62,458 nucleotides of DNA, filler included, from Collodictyon triciliatum (GCA_043381765.1; 24 parts of 24 records of this genome joined end to end with filler, not necessarily neighbours in it), one strand, 5' to 3'. Positions 1 to 12,464 are shown, counted from the whole stretch's first letter. Made by a program: numbers and translations. Notes: generated by a model not told the origin, from the sequence alone.

Positions 1-186
1 AAAAAACAATTTTTTTTTTTTTTTAAGGCTGGAACAAATAATTTCAACAGAAAACTGGCCTCATACAACAAATAATTCAAAAAAATCTATAGAAGCACCA
101 AAAAGTATTAATTACTCATTAAATTGTTCGAGTCATAAGTATTCATCCTGCTATTTATCTCGGAGAGGGCATCACATAGATTGGTA

Positions 187-933
187 TCATGGTACGGAGA
201 TTTCTGATCTTGAAGCTCCTGTTAGCAAAGGGCGAGTTAATTCTAAGGGCATCACAAGAATGTTCTAATTTTCCCTTCTTTTTTTTTTTTTTATTGCTTT
301 GTATTTCTGTCGTTCTTACCGCCAAGTAGATCAAAAAGGACGAAAACTCTTCGAAATCAACTCGGTTATCCTTGTTCTTATCAATAGCGCCGAATATTTT
401 TTTCATCTATGTATTGATTAGATGCTTAAAATCAAAATAAATTGTCGTACTACCATTTCATATTTTTGCATAAAACAAAACAAAAACAAAAACAAAAACA
501 AAAACAAAAACAAAAACAAAAACAAAAAACGGAGAAAGTCTCGACCTCGGAAGTGGACGGGTAAAATCCCAAATAGTTGAAGACGAGCTCCATCTCCCGG
601 GCATCAAGGTCTCCGTTTCTGTCCTCATCAAATTTGGTGAACAATCTTCCTCCTTGGCTACATATTCAACTCATTTGATGATTAAATATATCACTTATAC
701 TCATGATTTATTCTAAAGGAAAAGTAGCTAAGACACCTTGTATTGCACGTAGAGCGCAACAGAAAAATAGCTTACAGGAAAAAGCTGACCGAGCCGAACG
801 CAGGCGGGGTCTTCGTTGAAGATTTTTTGGTGATTGGGCAGCTAGGGTTGAAGATTGAAGCGATGTGATTGGTGGCAGCTTTCACACTCGAATAGGATTC
901 CTATCACATTTCGGTGAATTATAAATAAGATGA

Positions 934-1025
<92 letters not shown>

Positions 1026-2482
1026 CACAAGAGATTTTCTTGCCAGATCGGATACGAGTTGCTAAATTTATGATAGTTAAGGATGCCAATTGTTTCATTT
1101 TAAAATATTCAAGCTCGACTTATCTAACACAAGATTACAGCACCCATGGTATATTTCTTCAATGGTTTCCGGTTTTTGGACATAAAGCATGCCAAGACAA
1201 ATATTCCTTATAATTTTCATTTTATCTATACCCTGGCTTCATTCAGCGCATCAACTTCATCCTGGTCTAGGGTTGAGTCGCCAATAGTCGTGTTCGTCTT
1301 AATATTTTGGATAGTAAGCACTAAATGACGTCCGCGACCTATAAACTCGGCAACCTTTGGGTATTTAAAGATGAGAAATGAAGAATCAATAATCAATAAT
1401 AAATAATCTACACTCCACAATACAAGAAATAAAAGAGGAAAAAAAAAAGTAACCTCGAGCATGGACACAACAGCTCGTGTTTGATCGTCAATTACAAACA
1501 GCAGGATAGTTGCCGACTCTTTTGCCTTTCTCTCCAATTCTACTAACCCAGCATGCCAATCATCAACCTAAACATATTGGCAGTAAATCAGAGGATTTCT
1601 TCTTTTTTTTAAAAAAAAAAATAAATAAATAAAAAAATAAAATAATGCATGGTGCAAAATGGTGACAGAAGCTCCAACATAGAATCACTAATGTAAATTG
1701 GATTCTAAGATGAATAAACCTGTGGATTGTAGTATGATATCTTTTCTTGCTCTAGAATAGGCATCGCGATGGTCTTTCTCCATGTTGTAGGATTGCATGA
1801 GCCTCCCAAAAAGACATGGGTGGTACAGTCCATTTGAATTTTCACTAAATTCGCGTGACACAAAATAAGGATTTTATGTATATTCTTGAAATGCCTTACA
1901 CATTAGAGAGGAAAAAAGACAATCGAAGTTTCATGTTTTATAGGTAATCAATAGAACAATTACGAACATGGTTGGCCTTTGGGTTCTTCCTTCTCAATCT
2001 TTTGGATAAGATCCAAAAGTTCTCCAAACTCTTTCTGGTTTAGGATCCCGTCTCCGTTCTTTGTATATTTTTATGTTCAAATGTTATTCGATGTATCTCT
2101 AAAGTCTAAGTTACTATGGCATGATAAAGAATGATGGCACCAAAATTGACCTTGTCGACTTCGAGAAATAACGTACGCAATTCGTTTTTGCTCATTATTA
2201 TATTCTTGCTGAGCAGAAACTATTTATAAATGGTAATAAAATAAACCAATATTGTCGCGGTTATTGCCCATGGTCATCACAAACCATCAAAAGTACACTC
2301 AAGCAAGGACAAAATGAATTAACATAATCAGTTAATGTCTCGATATGGGTTGCGAGTGATTTGAAATGGGAAAATAAAAAGAGCACCTCGATGAACTCAT
2401 CCTCGGTCAAAGCACCATCAACATTTTTATCTGCTCGGATAAACTGTTTCTCGACAGGACTATCAAAAATTCGCATCACCAT
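187..2482 (-). CDS. Multi-exon protein: EF-hand pair + Raw-like nucleoside 2-deoxyribosyltransferase-like domain + EF-hand pair
   Basis: GT-AG splicing joins, in frame: DKNVDGALTEDEF; LFLEVDK|NGDGILNQKEF; VFLGGSCNPTTWRKTIAMPILEQEKISYYNPQ|VDDWHAGLVELERKAKESATILLFVIDDQTRAVVSMLE|VAEFIGRGRHLVL...LNEAR|QLVSDLARKSLV|ESYSSVKAA...; DEDRNGDLDAREM; DKNKDNRVDFEEF; TGA at 187-189. Confidence 0.8.
934..1023. repeat. (AAT)n microsatellite in an intron
   Basis: Perfect AAT tandem run between predicted exons. Confidence 0.95.
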
Positions 2483-2502
2483 CGAAAACGGAATAGTGAA
2501 AA

Positions 2503-2594
2503 GAATAGAATAGAATAGAATAGAATAGAATAGAATAGAATAGAATAGAATAGAATAGAATAGAATAGAATAGAATAGAATAGAATAGAATAGA
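2503..2594. repeat. (AATAG)n microsatellite at contig end
   Basis: Perfect pentamer run; the same motif recurs at ~41900-41997. Confidence 0.95.
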
Positions 2595-2599
2595 AAAGA

Positions 2600-2699
2600 N
2601 NNNNNNNNNNNNNNNNNNNNNNNNNNNNNNNNNNNNNNNNNNNTTAATTAATTAANNNNNNNNNNNNNNNNNNNNNNNNNNNNNNNNNNNNNNNNNNNN
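2600..2699. other. Artificial contig-joining spacer N44-TTAATTAATTAA-N44 (first of 23)
   Basis: Identical 100-bp spacer with six-frame stop 12-mer also starts at 5300, 6945, 9644, 12343, 15044, 17742, 20439, 23136, 25832, 28528, 31224, 33921, 36614, 39306, 41998, 44690, 47380, 49020, 51709, 54400, 57087, 59773. Confidence 0.98.
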
Positions 2700-2789
2700 T
2701 TTGTTAGAGATGTTTCTACAAAAACATTTAATGTTAATTTTTCTGCATCACAAAATCCTTTAAATATTGTCGCTAATTCAGGAATGATT

Positions 2790-5000
2790 CACTTACCGAG
2801 GGACTTTGTTTCATGTGTGAACCTGGATGTGGATTCAATCGTGAGTTGTGGATTGGATTCAATCTCTGCCAATTTTTTGATGCAGTTGGAGGAAAGTTGT
2901 AGGCTCGGATATTAAGTCGTCAGGCTCAGGCTTAATGAGTTTGACATTAGGGTTTGATGACCATCGACCGCAGGTATTAATTACAGAGTTATTGTTGCAT
3001 CGCTGTACGACGTCGTCCTCGAAATTCAATCCAACCAGCAGACTTACCGCATAGAATAAAATCCTAATTTAAGTAATGGAACCGATTATGATATTCTCAT
3101 TTCTTATGACTTGCGTGTTAGTGATAGATTGTGTGTGGAAATATGCATTCGACCATTTGAAACAAAGTTGGTGTTATGGGGCAGAGTCGAGTTCAAGGAA
3201 GAAAGACTTGCTGCACGCTGGAGCTTAGTTGGCACAAAAGTGGGGAGGGGGTAGGTTTTCCCTCTTCATTATATACCACATCTTTGCTCATCTTACTTGA
3301 AAAGTTTGAAAAGTGGATAAAAAGGAAAATAAGAAAAGAACGCAATTTTCTGAACCATTTTGGCCAAGGATAATGATATATGGGTATTGTAGAGGGGAAG
3401 GGACTCATCAACCTCTCGCTTTTGGGTAAAATATTATAAAATTGATTTGTTGTATTTGTTTTTACTACATACAAAAAAAAATGGCAAACGTTAAAGTATT
3501 TTGGTGTTAAGACTATATCAGCTATCGCTGCTTATTCTGCCACAATAATGGTTTTGAAACTGAGTTTAAGGAAGGAGAAGCTGCGGGCTACACAGTAAAA
3601 TTGAAAGACTGGGGTGAACTGACAATATAGATGAAGAAAAAATAGGTTATTGGGAAACAAGACATATCTACTGCTGTTCAGGCCTATGCTAACCACGGAC
3701 AAACCAGTACAGATTATAAAAAGCCGATGCAAGCGCGTCAAAATGGAATATGGCGCATTCTAAACGCACCTTAAGATATTTGCCCAAGTGAAACGCGTTA
3801 TCTGTAAAAAAAACTGCATGCTGGTTTGTATTGCGCTCATCACTCTCACCAGGGTCGTCACAAAGAATGAGCCTACTACCGCAAATAATTCTTTGCTCAA
3901 ACCCTGTGACCTTAGATTCATCTGCGCTATCTTTTTCTTGGCGTTTCCTATATCTTTATATCTTTGATTTAAATCATTTATATTGTAATTCTTTATAAAA
4001 TCTGAGGTTATCCTTGAAGTTTTTATATCATTTGTCCCCAAAGCCTACAAGTTGTAATAGCATACGAACAAACTCTCTAATTCGGGAAGATGTTGTTTTG
4101 GTCTTGCAAATCCTGCTGTATATTTACTTTTTGCGATATAAGTGATGGTTACCTTTGAATAATAAAACCGGAATATTTCCGAAGAATCTTCTAGATTTAT
4201 TTGCATCCATCGAGGCTGGTATAACAATCAACTACAAATCCTGACGACGCGAAGCAGCTAGGATAGAATGTCGATTTGGCTTGATTGAATTGCAACGAAA
4301 CACATGAAATAAAATATGAGAATTTGAAACGTCGTATATTTTTCAATCTTTTTGGAAAATTACTTGGACATGATATCAGTCTCGAAGTGGTATTGAGTTT
4401 CATGATTCTTGAAACCTCTGCATATTTTCATTTAAGAAAAGAGAAAAGAAAAGGAAATAAGAAAATAGACCTTTCATCAGGATTCCAAAAAGGATTTGCA
4501 TTCAGAAAAGGTTCGCAAGCTTCGTACATCATGATAGCATTGTGTATTTCAATGTCAGAGTTTGCCAGAAATTCTCCCAAAAAACATCATCAGTCAAATC
4601 TTTGGAAAAGAAAATAAGACATAATTCAATTATCCATGGAAACCGATAAAAAAATTGATGAAAAATATGAAAAACTGAAAAAAATCAGGCGATGCCAGTT
4701 ATTTGATTAGCCAGACCGTTTGGTTATGAGTTAGTACTTCCTCCATTTTCTTCATATTATCAGAATATGAGCCCAAAAATGGATCGACAGAGTTGTCGAT
4801 TGCCTGAAAAGAAAACAAGGAGAAAGTGTTCATCAGACATCAAGACATGGTTTGGTTAATAAGTAAAATATACGAAAGTGTTTATGGCATTTAAGTACCT
4901 CATTATCATTTTCGCCATATCAAAGCTATCTTCCTCTTGCTCATCAACATCATACTCCCAACGCGGTTCCCTTCGGAGGTGTCTGAAATTGAGGTACATG
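2790..5000 (-). pseudogene. Unidentified multi-exon gene, possibly degenerate
   Basis: Exon-like blocks bounded by AG/GT on the minus strand (e.g. HLRREPRWEYDVDEQEEDSFDMAK, AIDNSVDPFLGSYSDNMKKMEE, GTNDIKTSRITSDFIKNYN), but I could not join them in a consistent frame and recognise no family. Confidence 0.25.
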
Positions 5001-5533
5001 AAGGTAAAATCCAATTATATTAGACATCCAAAATCATACGCATTCTTGTACAAGTATCTCTGCTTATAAAGTAAAAGGTGAGCGACAAAACTAAAAATCT
5101 TTTCCGAATGATTGTGATGTCTCTTGAATTGGGACTCCGCTCGCAGGTCTTCTCTCAGAAGTTATTGAAATAATCAAGATGCATATCTCGTTGTCAGTAA
5201 AAAAAAAAAAAGGAAGGTACTCTTTTGCCTGTTATGCATAAATATTAACAAACAATCGAAAATTAAACAAATTTAGTTAGAAGAAAGACCCATTCCGGCN
5301 NNNNNNNNNNNNNNNNNNNNNNNNNNNNNNNNNNNNNNNNNNNTTAATTAATTAANNNNNNNNNNNNNNNNNNNNNNNNNNNNNNNNNNNNNNNNNNNNA
5401 AATGAATATATTTGATTTTAAAATAGAAAAAATTTATTAATTTTTTTTTCGTTTTTTTTTTTTTTTTAGAATTTCATTCAAGATATCGATAGAGGAATGG
5501 ATGTATGATAATCAATCATATACAAATTCATAC

Positions 5534-6162
5534 GAATTTTAGTCGCTCGAGACATGCCCATGTCATCGACTTTATGAAAAGTATCACAACCATTACAACA
5601 ATATGCTGCAGTCCCACTTCGAATTGGAACACCGCGAGACTCAGAAACGCCTCCGTCAGCGCGAAGCCAATTCTTTCTCGAACAGCCTTTGGCAGTCACA
5701 TTAATACCGATGGTTTAGTGATGCGTACATTCATATACATACCAGATAGTTATTCGTGGTTATCATAGACAATCATAAATAAATAAGTAAATAAATAAAT
5801 AAATAAATAAATAAATATAAACTACCTCGCGTTCGCTCTCTCTTAACGAACCCAGAAATACATATCCCAGAATATTATGGGAGGCGATCATTAGCGCCAC
5901 AAGCAGGTTAAGGTAGGACTGAAGTATGAGAGAATGAAACGATGACCCAGCATACCAAGAAAGGAAAAGAAGAAAAAAGATGAATAAAAGGCAAAGCTAA
6001 GGAAGGCAGAGGAAGTAAAGAAATAGAAACCAGAACGCCGAAGCTTGACTTTGTGAGCTGATCCACAGTCGGGTAGAGATAGGGTCGCAGTTGATATGCG
6101 TTGTGAGTTGCGATGGCGGCAAGAAGCACACTCACAACAAAGTAGAGTCCCTTTGAAAGCAT
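5534..6162 (-). CDS. HRD1: ERAD E3 ubiquitin ligase HRD1/synoviolin-like, N-terminal transmembrane exons (3' truncated)
   Basis: MLSKGLYFVVSVLLAAIATHNAYQLRPYLYPTVDQLTKSSFGVL|SYLNLLVALMIASHNILGCIFLGSLRESERE|AVRERIGFALTEAFLSLAVF...IKSMTWACLERLKF matches the HRD1 N-terminus (YPTVVYLTKS; FFGQLRxAExE; TETCLAFTVF). RING domain is outside the contig. Confidence 0.8.
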
Positions 6163-6451
6163 TGTCCTCCCACGCCTGGCCTCTATTAACCAGGCTTGCG
6201 TTCATATCTCGGCCCACATAATGACTTGAACACAAGCACAACAACAAAGAGGAAAGAAAGAAAAGAAGAAAAAAGAAAAAAGAAAAAAAGGCACTCTTAT
6301 AAATATAAACTAGTTACAACAGGAATCGGGTATTGTAAATCAATAATAAAAAAAATCACGAAATAATTAAAAAAAAATATCATAGAAATCACATTAAAAA
6401 TCACAAAAAAAATCACATAAACAACTTATCATTAAATATCACAGGGATCAA

Positions 6452-6771
6452 ATGCAACCACGCCGCTCAGAATCGCAGCCAAAGCCACGCCCGGCACAAA
6501 AACAACAACAACTACCACAACAGTGGCAAAACACGCAACAGACGACGGGAAACTCACAACATCTGCTCCAAAGCGGCGGCCTTCGCACAAACGTCGCGTC
6601 ACCCGAGCGGCTCAAACAGCGAATCCACGCGCTGAGTACTCCGCAGTACACAATACCGAAGGAAGGCACTTTCCATCACAAGTCTGCTGCGTTTCTGGCC
6701 GAGAAGGCAGCAAATGACCCCAACTTTCCCTTGCATGTGGACGACTCTGAAATACGCTACAAGTCATCCAA
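6452..6771 (+). CDS. Hypothetical protein, first exon (Q/P-rich N-terminus), divergent from HRD1-like gene
   Basis: GC-richer ATG-initiated ORF ending at AAG|GTTGGT donor before a T-rich intron. Confidence 0.55.
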
Positions 6772-7044
6772 GGTTGGTTTATTTATTTTATTTGTTTATT
6801 TATTTACTTATTTATTTGTTTTTCTTTTTCTTTTTCTTTTTCTTTTTCTTTTCTTTTTTCTTTTCTTTTTCTTTTCTTTTTTCTTTTCTTTTTTCTTTTC
6901 TTTTTTCTTTTCTTTTTTCTTTTCTTTTTTCTTTTCTTTTTTCTNNNNNNNNNNNNNNNNNNNNNNNNNNNNNNNNNNNNNNNNNNNNTTAATTAATTAA
7001 NNNNNNNNNNNNNNNNNNNNNNNNNNNNNNNNNNNNNNNNNNNN

Positions 7045-7470
7045 AAACCACATCGATGTCATGGCCAAGGTCATTACCAGCACTTGGGAAACGTCCCAAA
7101 TGCAACAAACATACTCTAAAGACCGCTCTGCGGTCTGGAAGGAGGTGAGTCAACCATGCAGAGAAGTCCTCTTTGCACTCGACCTAGTACTTATCAAACG
7201 AACCTCACTTCTCTTTTCACCATCCTTTTCGACACCTTGCGCCATCAAAGCAGTGTATCCCATCCTCCCTCCATCCAGTCAATATCACCTGTCCCTTTGT
7301 TTCTCATGCTCGCGGGGCACTATCATGCGTCTCCAAAAGAATCCATGCGTCTGTTATCAAGCATCAATGTCATCTCTTTTCCTATTTCCTTTATTTTTTA
7401 TACCTGTATGTCTTTCTATATCCCTTACCCCCACCTGCTTTGGAACGAATTTCCTGATGGTAGAATGAAA
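7045..7470 (+). mobile_element. Interspersed repeat, probable 3' end of a non-LTR retrotransposon
   Basis: Inverted second copy at ~9300-9640; the frame KDRSAVWKEVSQPCREVL loosely resembles ORF2 C-termini elsewhere in the window (KRDMWKEAEKKIQ). Confidence 0.55.
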
Positions 7471-7577
7471 GATTGTTGAGACGGGATCAACAGCTTAGGT
7501 TTTTAGAATAAAAAATGTAATGTTACTTCGTAACTGTTTGCTTGTTTTTTTATTTTAGCATGGAAAGCTGATTAATT

Positions 7578-8671
7578 TTAATCAAATGGCAGCCATTGAG
7601 ATGGATAAAGTGCACAAAATATCTCTGGAAGAAAAATGAGAAACAAGTCTTTTGCGCTTTCTTCGTGGAGATGTACATGATCCCTATTCAATCCTTTGCG
7701 AAATACCACTTCAGAGGCAGGGTACCGATTGAACTCTAACCAGCCATATTGTTTCACCAACTTATGATGCTCAACATTTAATTGTTTGGTGCACTGGTCG
7801 TCTTTTGTCCACGCTTGAGTATCAAACCAAATTATCGGGCTATGAAGTTTGTCCGCAACCATTCTGAAAAATCTCTGAGAGTTAAGTGTTATATTCTCAT
7901 ATGAAATTCCATGATAACAGTCATGCAAACCAAAAGTAAATATGAATAAGTCCGGCTTCCTTCCATGACGAAATTTGTTGAACAAATGGACATCATATCT
8001 TTGATAAGCGAAATGTTTCCAATCAAATGTCATCTCATAGCCACCTAGCGTTACATTCGAAAAATGACATGTAATTTCATTGGCAGAATCGGAGTATTTT
8101 TGGTCCAGCTCTCTCATCTCCTGCATTGTACAATTTCCTATTCGCAACAGTTCTGTTTCGTGTAAAGATCAAGAGTTAAATATTCTTTCAAAATTCCACA
8201 CCAAACTTAGAATTGGTGATTGATAAAGAATTATTGCGTATACAACACCTAACCTTTGAATAGTACAAAGGATCCATATTCCGGATACTTCCCAAGGAGT
8301 TTTAAATATTGTGTTGCCTGTGTAGTATAGTAACTTTATGTCAGAATGGTTTCGTCGACATAAGCATTTTAGGCTTAACTGACCATTTGACGGAGAGTGG
8401 AATCTCCGTAAAAATAGATCCATCTGTTCTTTAGCAATGCAAGATTCGTGATAGTGAAATCTCTCTTGTTGCGGTATGAATCTGGGTAGGTACTATTTTC
8501 CCTAAATCTCACTCCTGAGGGTTCCTTACACCAATCACCCATGGGCGTAGTGCTTGAACATTTTTTCCATTTTCGATCTTGTACTCTAGCATCCTGGTGC
8601 CCGGTGCATACTTGATGTAAACAGTTGTGCACAAGAACACATGCAAAAAATAAAAACAGAGACCCTTTCAT
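7578..8671 (-). CDS. SGNH-fold acyl-esterase/O-acetyltransferase (PC-esterase/NXPE/TBL-like), secreted or type II membrane, 3 exons
   Basis: Hydrophobic N-terminus; WIYFYGDSTLRQ (GDS), PDLFIFTFGLHD and C-terminal DHVH (DxxH); exons ~8671-8381, ~8312-8252, ~8152-7578 join in frame. Confidence 0.8.
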
Positions 8672-9299
8672 TTCATTAATGAATCTACGTCCGGACGTCT
8701 AGTATTTTTTCGAAGAGTAGTGTGAGTGCATGTAGGAAGTAATTCAGAATCTATGAAAAATAATACACTGAATGCATCCCTAAACTATAAAGTGAACAAT
8801 ATAACGTTGTATTTATCTATAATAACTCATTATGCAACCGACCGTGACTCGAGGTGGGGTGGAATTTAAATGTGATCCCTAAACTTTGATACAAAAATGT
8901 ACTATAATTTTGCACGTCTTTGTGAGATTCACGCCCGAACTTATCGACCTCTCATTCCATCTAGGACTTTCAATCCAATACTAACTGGTAATAAACATGC
9001 CATACTGAAGTTACTTGAGCTTTACCCACAACAACTGTCACGCTGTGCAATTTCCAACAAATTGTTGCTCTGTCTACAAATGCGCGTTTGTCTCTCAGAT
9101 AGAAGGGTCCCCTAATGTCAAAATTCCCTGAAAATATATATGCATCCAATATAAATTTTCAGAAAATCATTAAATCTATCTTAATTAAACCTAAACTCTG
9201 GCGATGATATTATATTTTTCTAACTATATAGATAAATTTAATATCGGGTCAACTATTTTCATTTTAAGTCACAATTTCCGGAATTTGCTTAAATTTCAA

Positions 9300-9643
9300 T
9301 TTCTCTGGCCATCGGGCAAGTAGTTCCAAAGGAGGTGGGGATGTGTGGGAGATAGAAAGAAGAAACATGAATTAAAATAAGTAGATACGGGGAAAAGACA
9401 TGTCTTCGAGGCTTCATAACAGACGCATAAATTTCTTTTGGAGACTTAAGTTAGTGTTCTGCAAGCATGAGGAAAAATGGACGGGAAAATTGGTTTGGAT
9501 GGAGGAGGTGGAATACTGCCTTGATGGCGCAAGATGTCGAAAAGGATGGTGAAAAGAGATGTGAGGTTCGTTTGATAAGCACTAGGTCGAGTGCAAAGAG
9601 GACTTCTCTGCATGGTTGACTCACCTCCTTCCAGACCGTATTA
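9300..9643 (-). mobile_element. Second, inverted copy of the repeat at 7130-7470
   Basis: Reverse complement reads GGTCTGGAAGGAGGTGAGTCAACCATGCAGAGAAGTCCTCTTTGCACTCGACCTAGT..., near-identical to 7132-7240, more diverged distally. Confidence 0.7.
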
Positions 9644-9937
9644 NNNNNNNNNNNNNNNNNNNNNNNNNNNNNNNNNNNNNNNNNNNNTTAATTAATTAAN
9701 NNNNNNNNNNNNNNNNNNNNNNNNNNNNNNNNNNNNNNNNNNNAAAAAAAAAAAAAAAAAAAAAAAAAAAAACAAAAAAAACAAAAAAAACAAAAAAAAA
9801 AAAAAAAAAAAAAAAAACAAAAAACAAAAAAAGTTACTTCGTTTTTGTTACCCCACTCGTTGCTGGCACTTTCGAAAAGCGAAAAAAAAAAAAAAAAGAG
9901 AGCATAGAAACAAGACCATATTGAGCGGTCAGAAACT

Positions 9938-12114
9938 ATGGAGTTAAGCGAAGATTCTATGACCGATCCCTCGGCTGAGTCCGGCAACCAGATCATTTTT
10001 GTTGTAACAGACCCGACCGGAACGACCATAACTTTAAGGTTTCACTTATCCCTCAACCCACACCTAGTTTCTTTCCTTTTTCTTCTTTCTAGGTGTTTTC
10101 CTTCATTTCTCTCATTATCCCTTATCTTCTAATCTTCTCCTCTGTTTTCTATCACCGCAACCACTCATTTGATTTATAGTCTCTGACACATAACTCACAT
10201 AGCCTAAGCATCCAAAACACTCTGGCCGATTTAAAGCGTCGCATAGTCAGCTCCATTCCGCGTTCTCACCGCATCGTTGAGTTTATCGGCCTCCCAGATA
10301 TTGAAGAGGGCGTTTCAGATGGGGTAATCATCATGTTTATTTATTTAAAAAAGCAAACATAACCAAGTTCTCACGTCACTATTCCTCTCCTTCATATGTC
10401 ATTTACTATCACTTCAATTTTTCCATACCTGAATTAAATATAATTTTAACAATTTAATATTGATACATGCCGACTATACGGCACATTTTTTTTTTGTTTA
10501 TCTATCTGGTGTGTAAATCTTCATTTCTTTTGAACTAGGATGTTCTTCTTCTCCAACTTCCTTTAGATAATCCGCATTCAATTTTGTTGATATGTGAAGA
10601 TCGACCAGACCCAGCCCACGTTTTCTTCACTTTCTTTTATTCACACTATAAATTATTTTTATCCAAGTGGATAAATTAAATCGAATTATTTAAATACTTT
10701 TTCTCTGGTAGTTTCACGTGGTGCTGTTTTTAATGTATTCTTCTATTTCAGCAATTCACCCGCACTGCCTATACAAACACCGAAGACATCCACAGTGAGA
10801 TGGTCAGGAACATCCGCCGAATGCAGCATGAAGCCAGTGAAAACTTTTATCATTTACTTGATCAAACAGAAGGAGATATTCCTGTCGTCAACGACTCTCC
10901 TTTACCTCCACGACTTCATCCCTCTTCATCCCGGGGACTGTGGCATGTTTGTTTGATACAAATAGATCGTACACAAACAGATAAAAAAAAAGGATACATT
11001 CTCGATCATTTCTTTGTTATTTTTTTGTCTTATCAATCATAATATATCATTTCATCTTTGCAACCCAATTCTACCTCAATAAGCAGAGTCCTTTCATTAC
11101 TATTTAACCTTCTCACGTTTTCCATTTATTACATTATTCTAAACTCAGGAAAAAATGAGCGAAGTGTTGAACATATCTCCTCACGGAACAGACTTTTTTG
11201 AATGCATGCAGACGGGCGGAATCCATTCATTTCCGGTTCCTTTCCCTGGGGCGTTTCAAGATATTTTGATACAGGCAATTTGCGCAATAATACACATAAT
11301 ATAACGCAACTCCTATTCTTTCATGTGACACACATTTCATGATAATTCTATCAATGAACACAAAATGCGCTCATATTTTCTAACTAAAATGGAGTCATTT
11401 TTAATTGACCGCATTTACATCGTATATACATCGGCAACGCCATTTTTTTTTTACATATATACTCATAGTCGAAGGAATCACTTAAAATGGTTGTTGTTTT
11501 ACTTCATGACCCCGCATCAGATTCATCGATTGAGTTTTGCAGGTAACTTGCGTGCATGATTACTTGCGTTTATTTAAACAATCATTATATCATTTAGGAG
11601 CATATGGCTGCACGTCCATCAATCCGTAAATTAACTCCTTTTTATATATATATATATACTCTGTTTCTACAGAGATGCTATGGGTTCAGATGGAAACATA
11701 GAGCTACTAGAACACACTTTTCTCTTTTGGGCTTCTATCGTGGACGAATCTGTCTCCGATGTTCTCAACGAAGTCTTTCCTGGCAAGACATATCCGCTCA
11801 CAGTTATATTCGCACCCACGGCATCCCAATTCTCTGTCGTTCAAATTATGGAAGGTTTGTTATCTTTTGTGTTGACTATTTTTTATGGAGAGGAACTACG
11901 TTGCTTTTATGAGGCAAATGTAATATTCAGACGAGTGCAGGCAACGCAAAGCATATATTTGTTTACTGGGATGTTTCTGCTCTCGACTTTTCTGATAAAA
12001 TACCTACATACGAATATGTTGGATAGGCAAAATCTCTGCTGAGGAGCTTTTTGCCAATCTTTGCCAGGCAATCGAAACGCAAGAGCCAGTTATGGACGAA
12101 GAAAGAGCTCGCCG
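9938..12114 (+). CDS. FAF1/FAF2-like p97 adaptor (ubiquitin-like + UAS domain; UBX beyond contig end)
   Basis: N-terminal Ub-like segment (IIFVVTDPTGTTITL...NTLADLKRRI); UAS signature FPGAFQDIL...KWLLFYF...LLEHTFLFWA...TYPLTVIF...VVQIMEG|KISAEELL over multiple exons. Confidence 0.7.
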
Positions 12115-12201
12115 GTTTGTATTCATATACAGACACTCTGAATATACTTTTTGTTATTATTTTTGTTTTTGCTTTTGCTTTTGCTTTTGTTTTTGTTTTT
12201 G

Positions 12202-12278
<77 letters not shown>

Positions 12279-12306
12279 GTTGTTATTGTTATTATTATTA
12301 TTATTG

Positions 12307-12342
<36 letters not shown>

Positions 12343-12464
12343 NNNNNNNNNNNNNNNNNNNNNNNNNNNNNNNNNNNNNNNNNNNNTTAATTAATTAANN
12401 NNNNNNNNNNNNNNNNNNNNNNNNNNNNNNNNNNNNNNNNNNACGTATTCATATAGCCTGCATA

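Noticed and set aside
155-660. Separate small calmodulin-like gene
   Set aside because: It splices in frame to the upstream Raw-like exons (CT|C junction, 777 to 658) and has no evident start of its own.
842-1030. Homopolymeric or dipeptide ORFs (poly-Y, -I, -L, -F, KR, FC) here and throughout, and ORFs ending LIN
   Set aside because: Translations of stop-free microsatellites and of the linker, not proteins.
2644-2655. Recurring TTAATTAATTAA palindrome as a biological site
   Set aside because: Always embedded in N44 flanks; a synthetic six-frame stop linker.
2700-5299. Endogenous viral element
   Set aside because: No polymerase, capsid or integrase motifs; blocks are bounded by splice-like signals.
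7189-7220. PIP-like QTNLTSLF in the third repeat family
   Set aside because: Only one aromatic and the coding frame cannot be established; too weak to count as a third instance.
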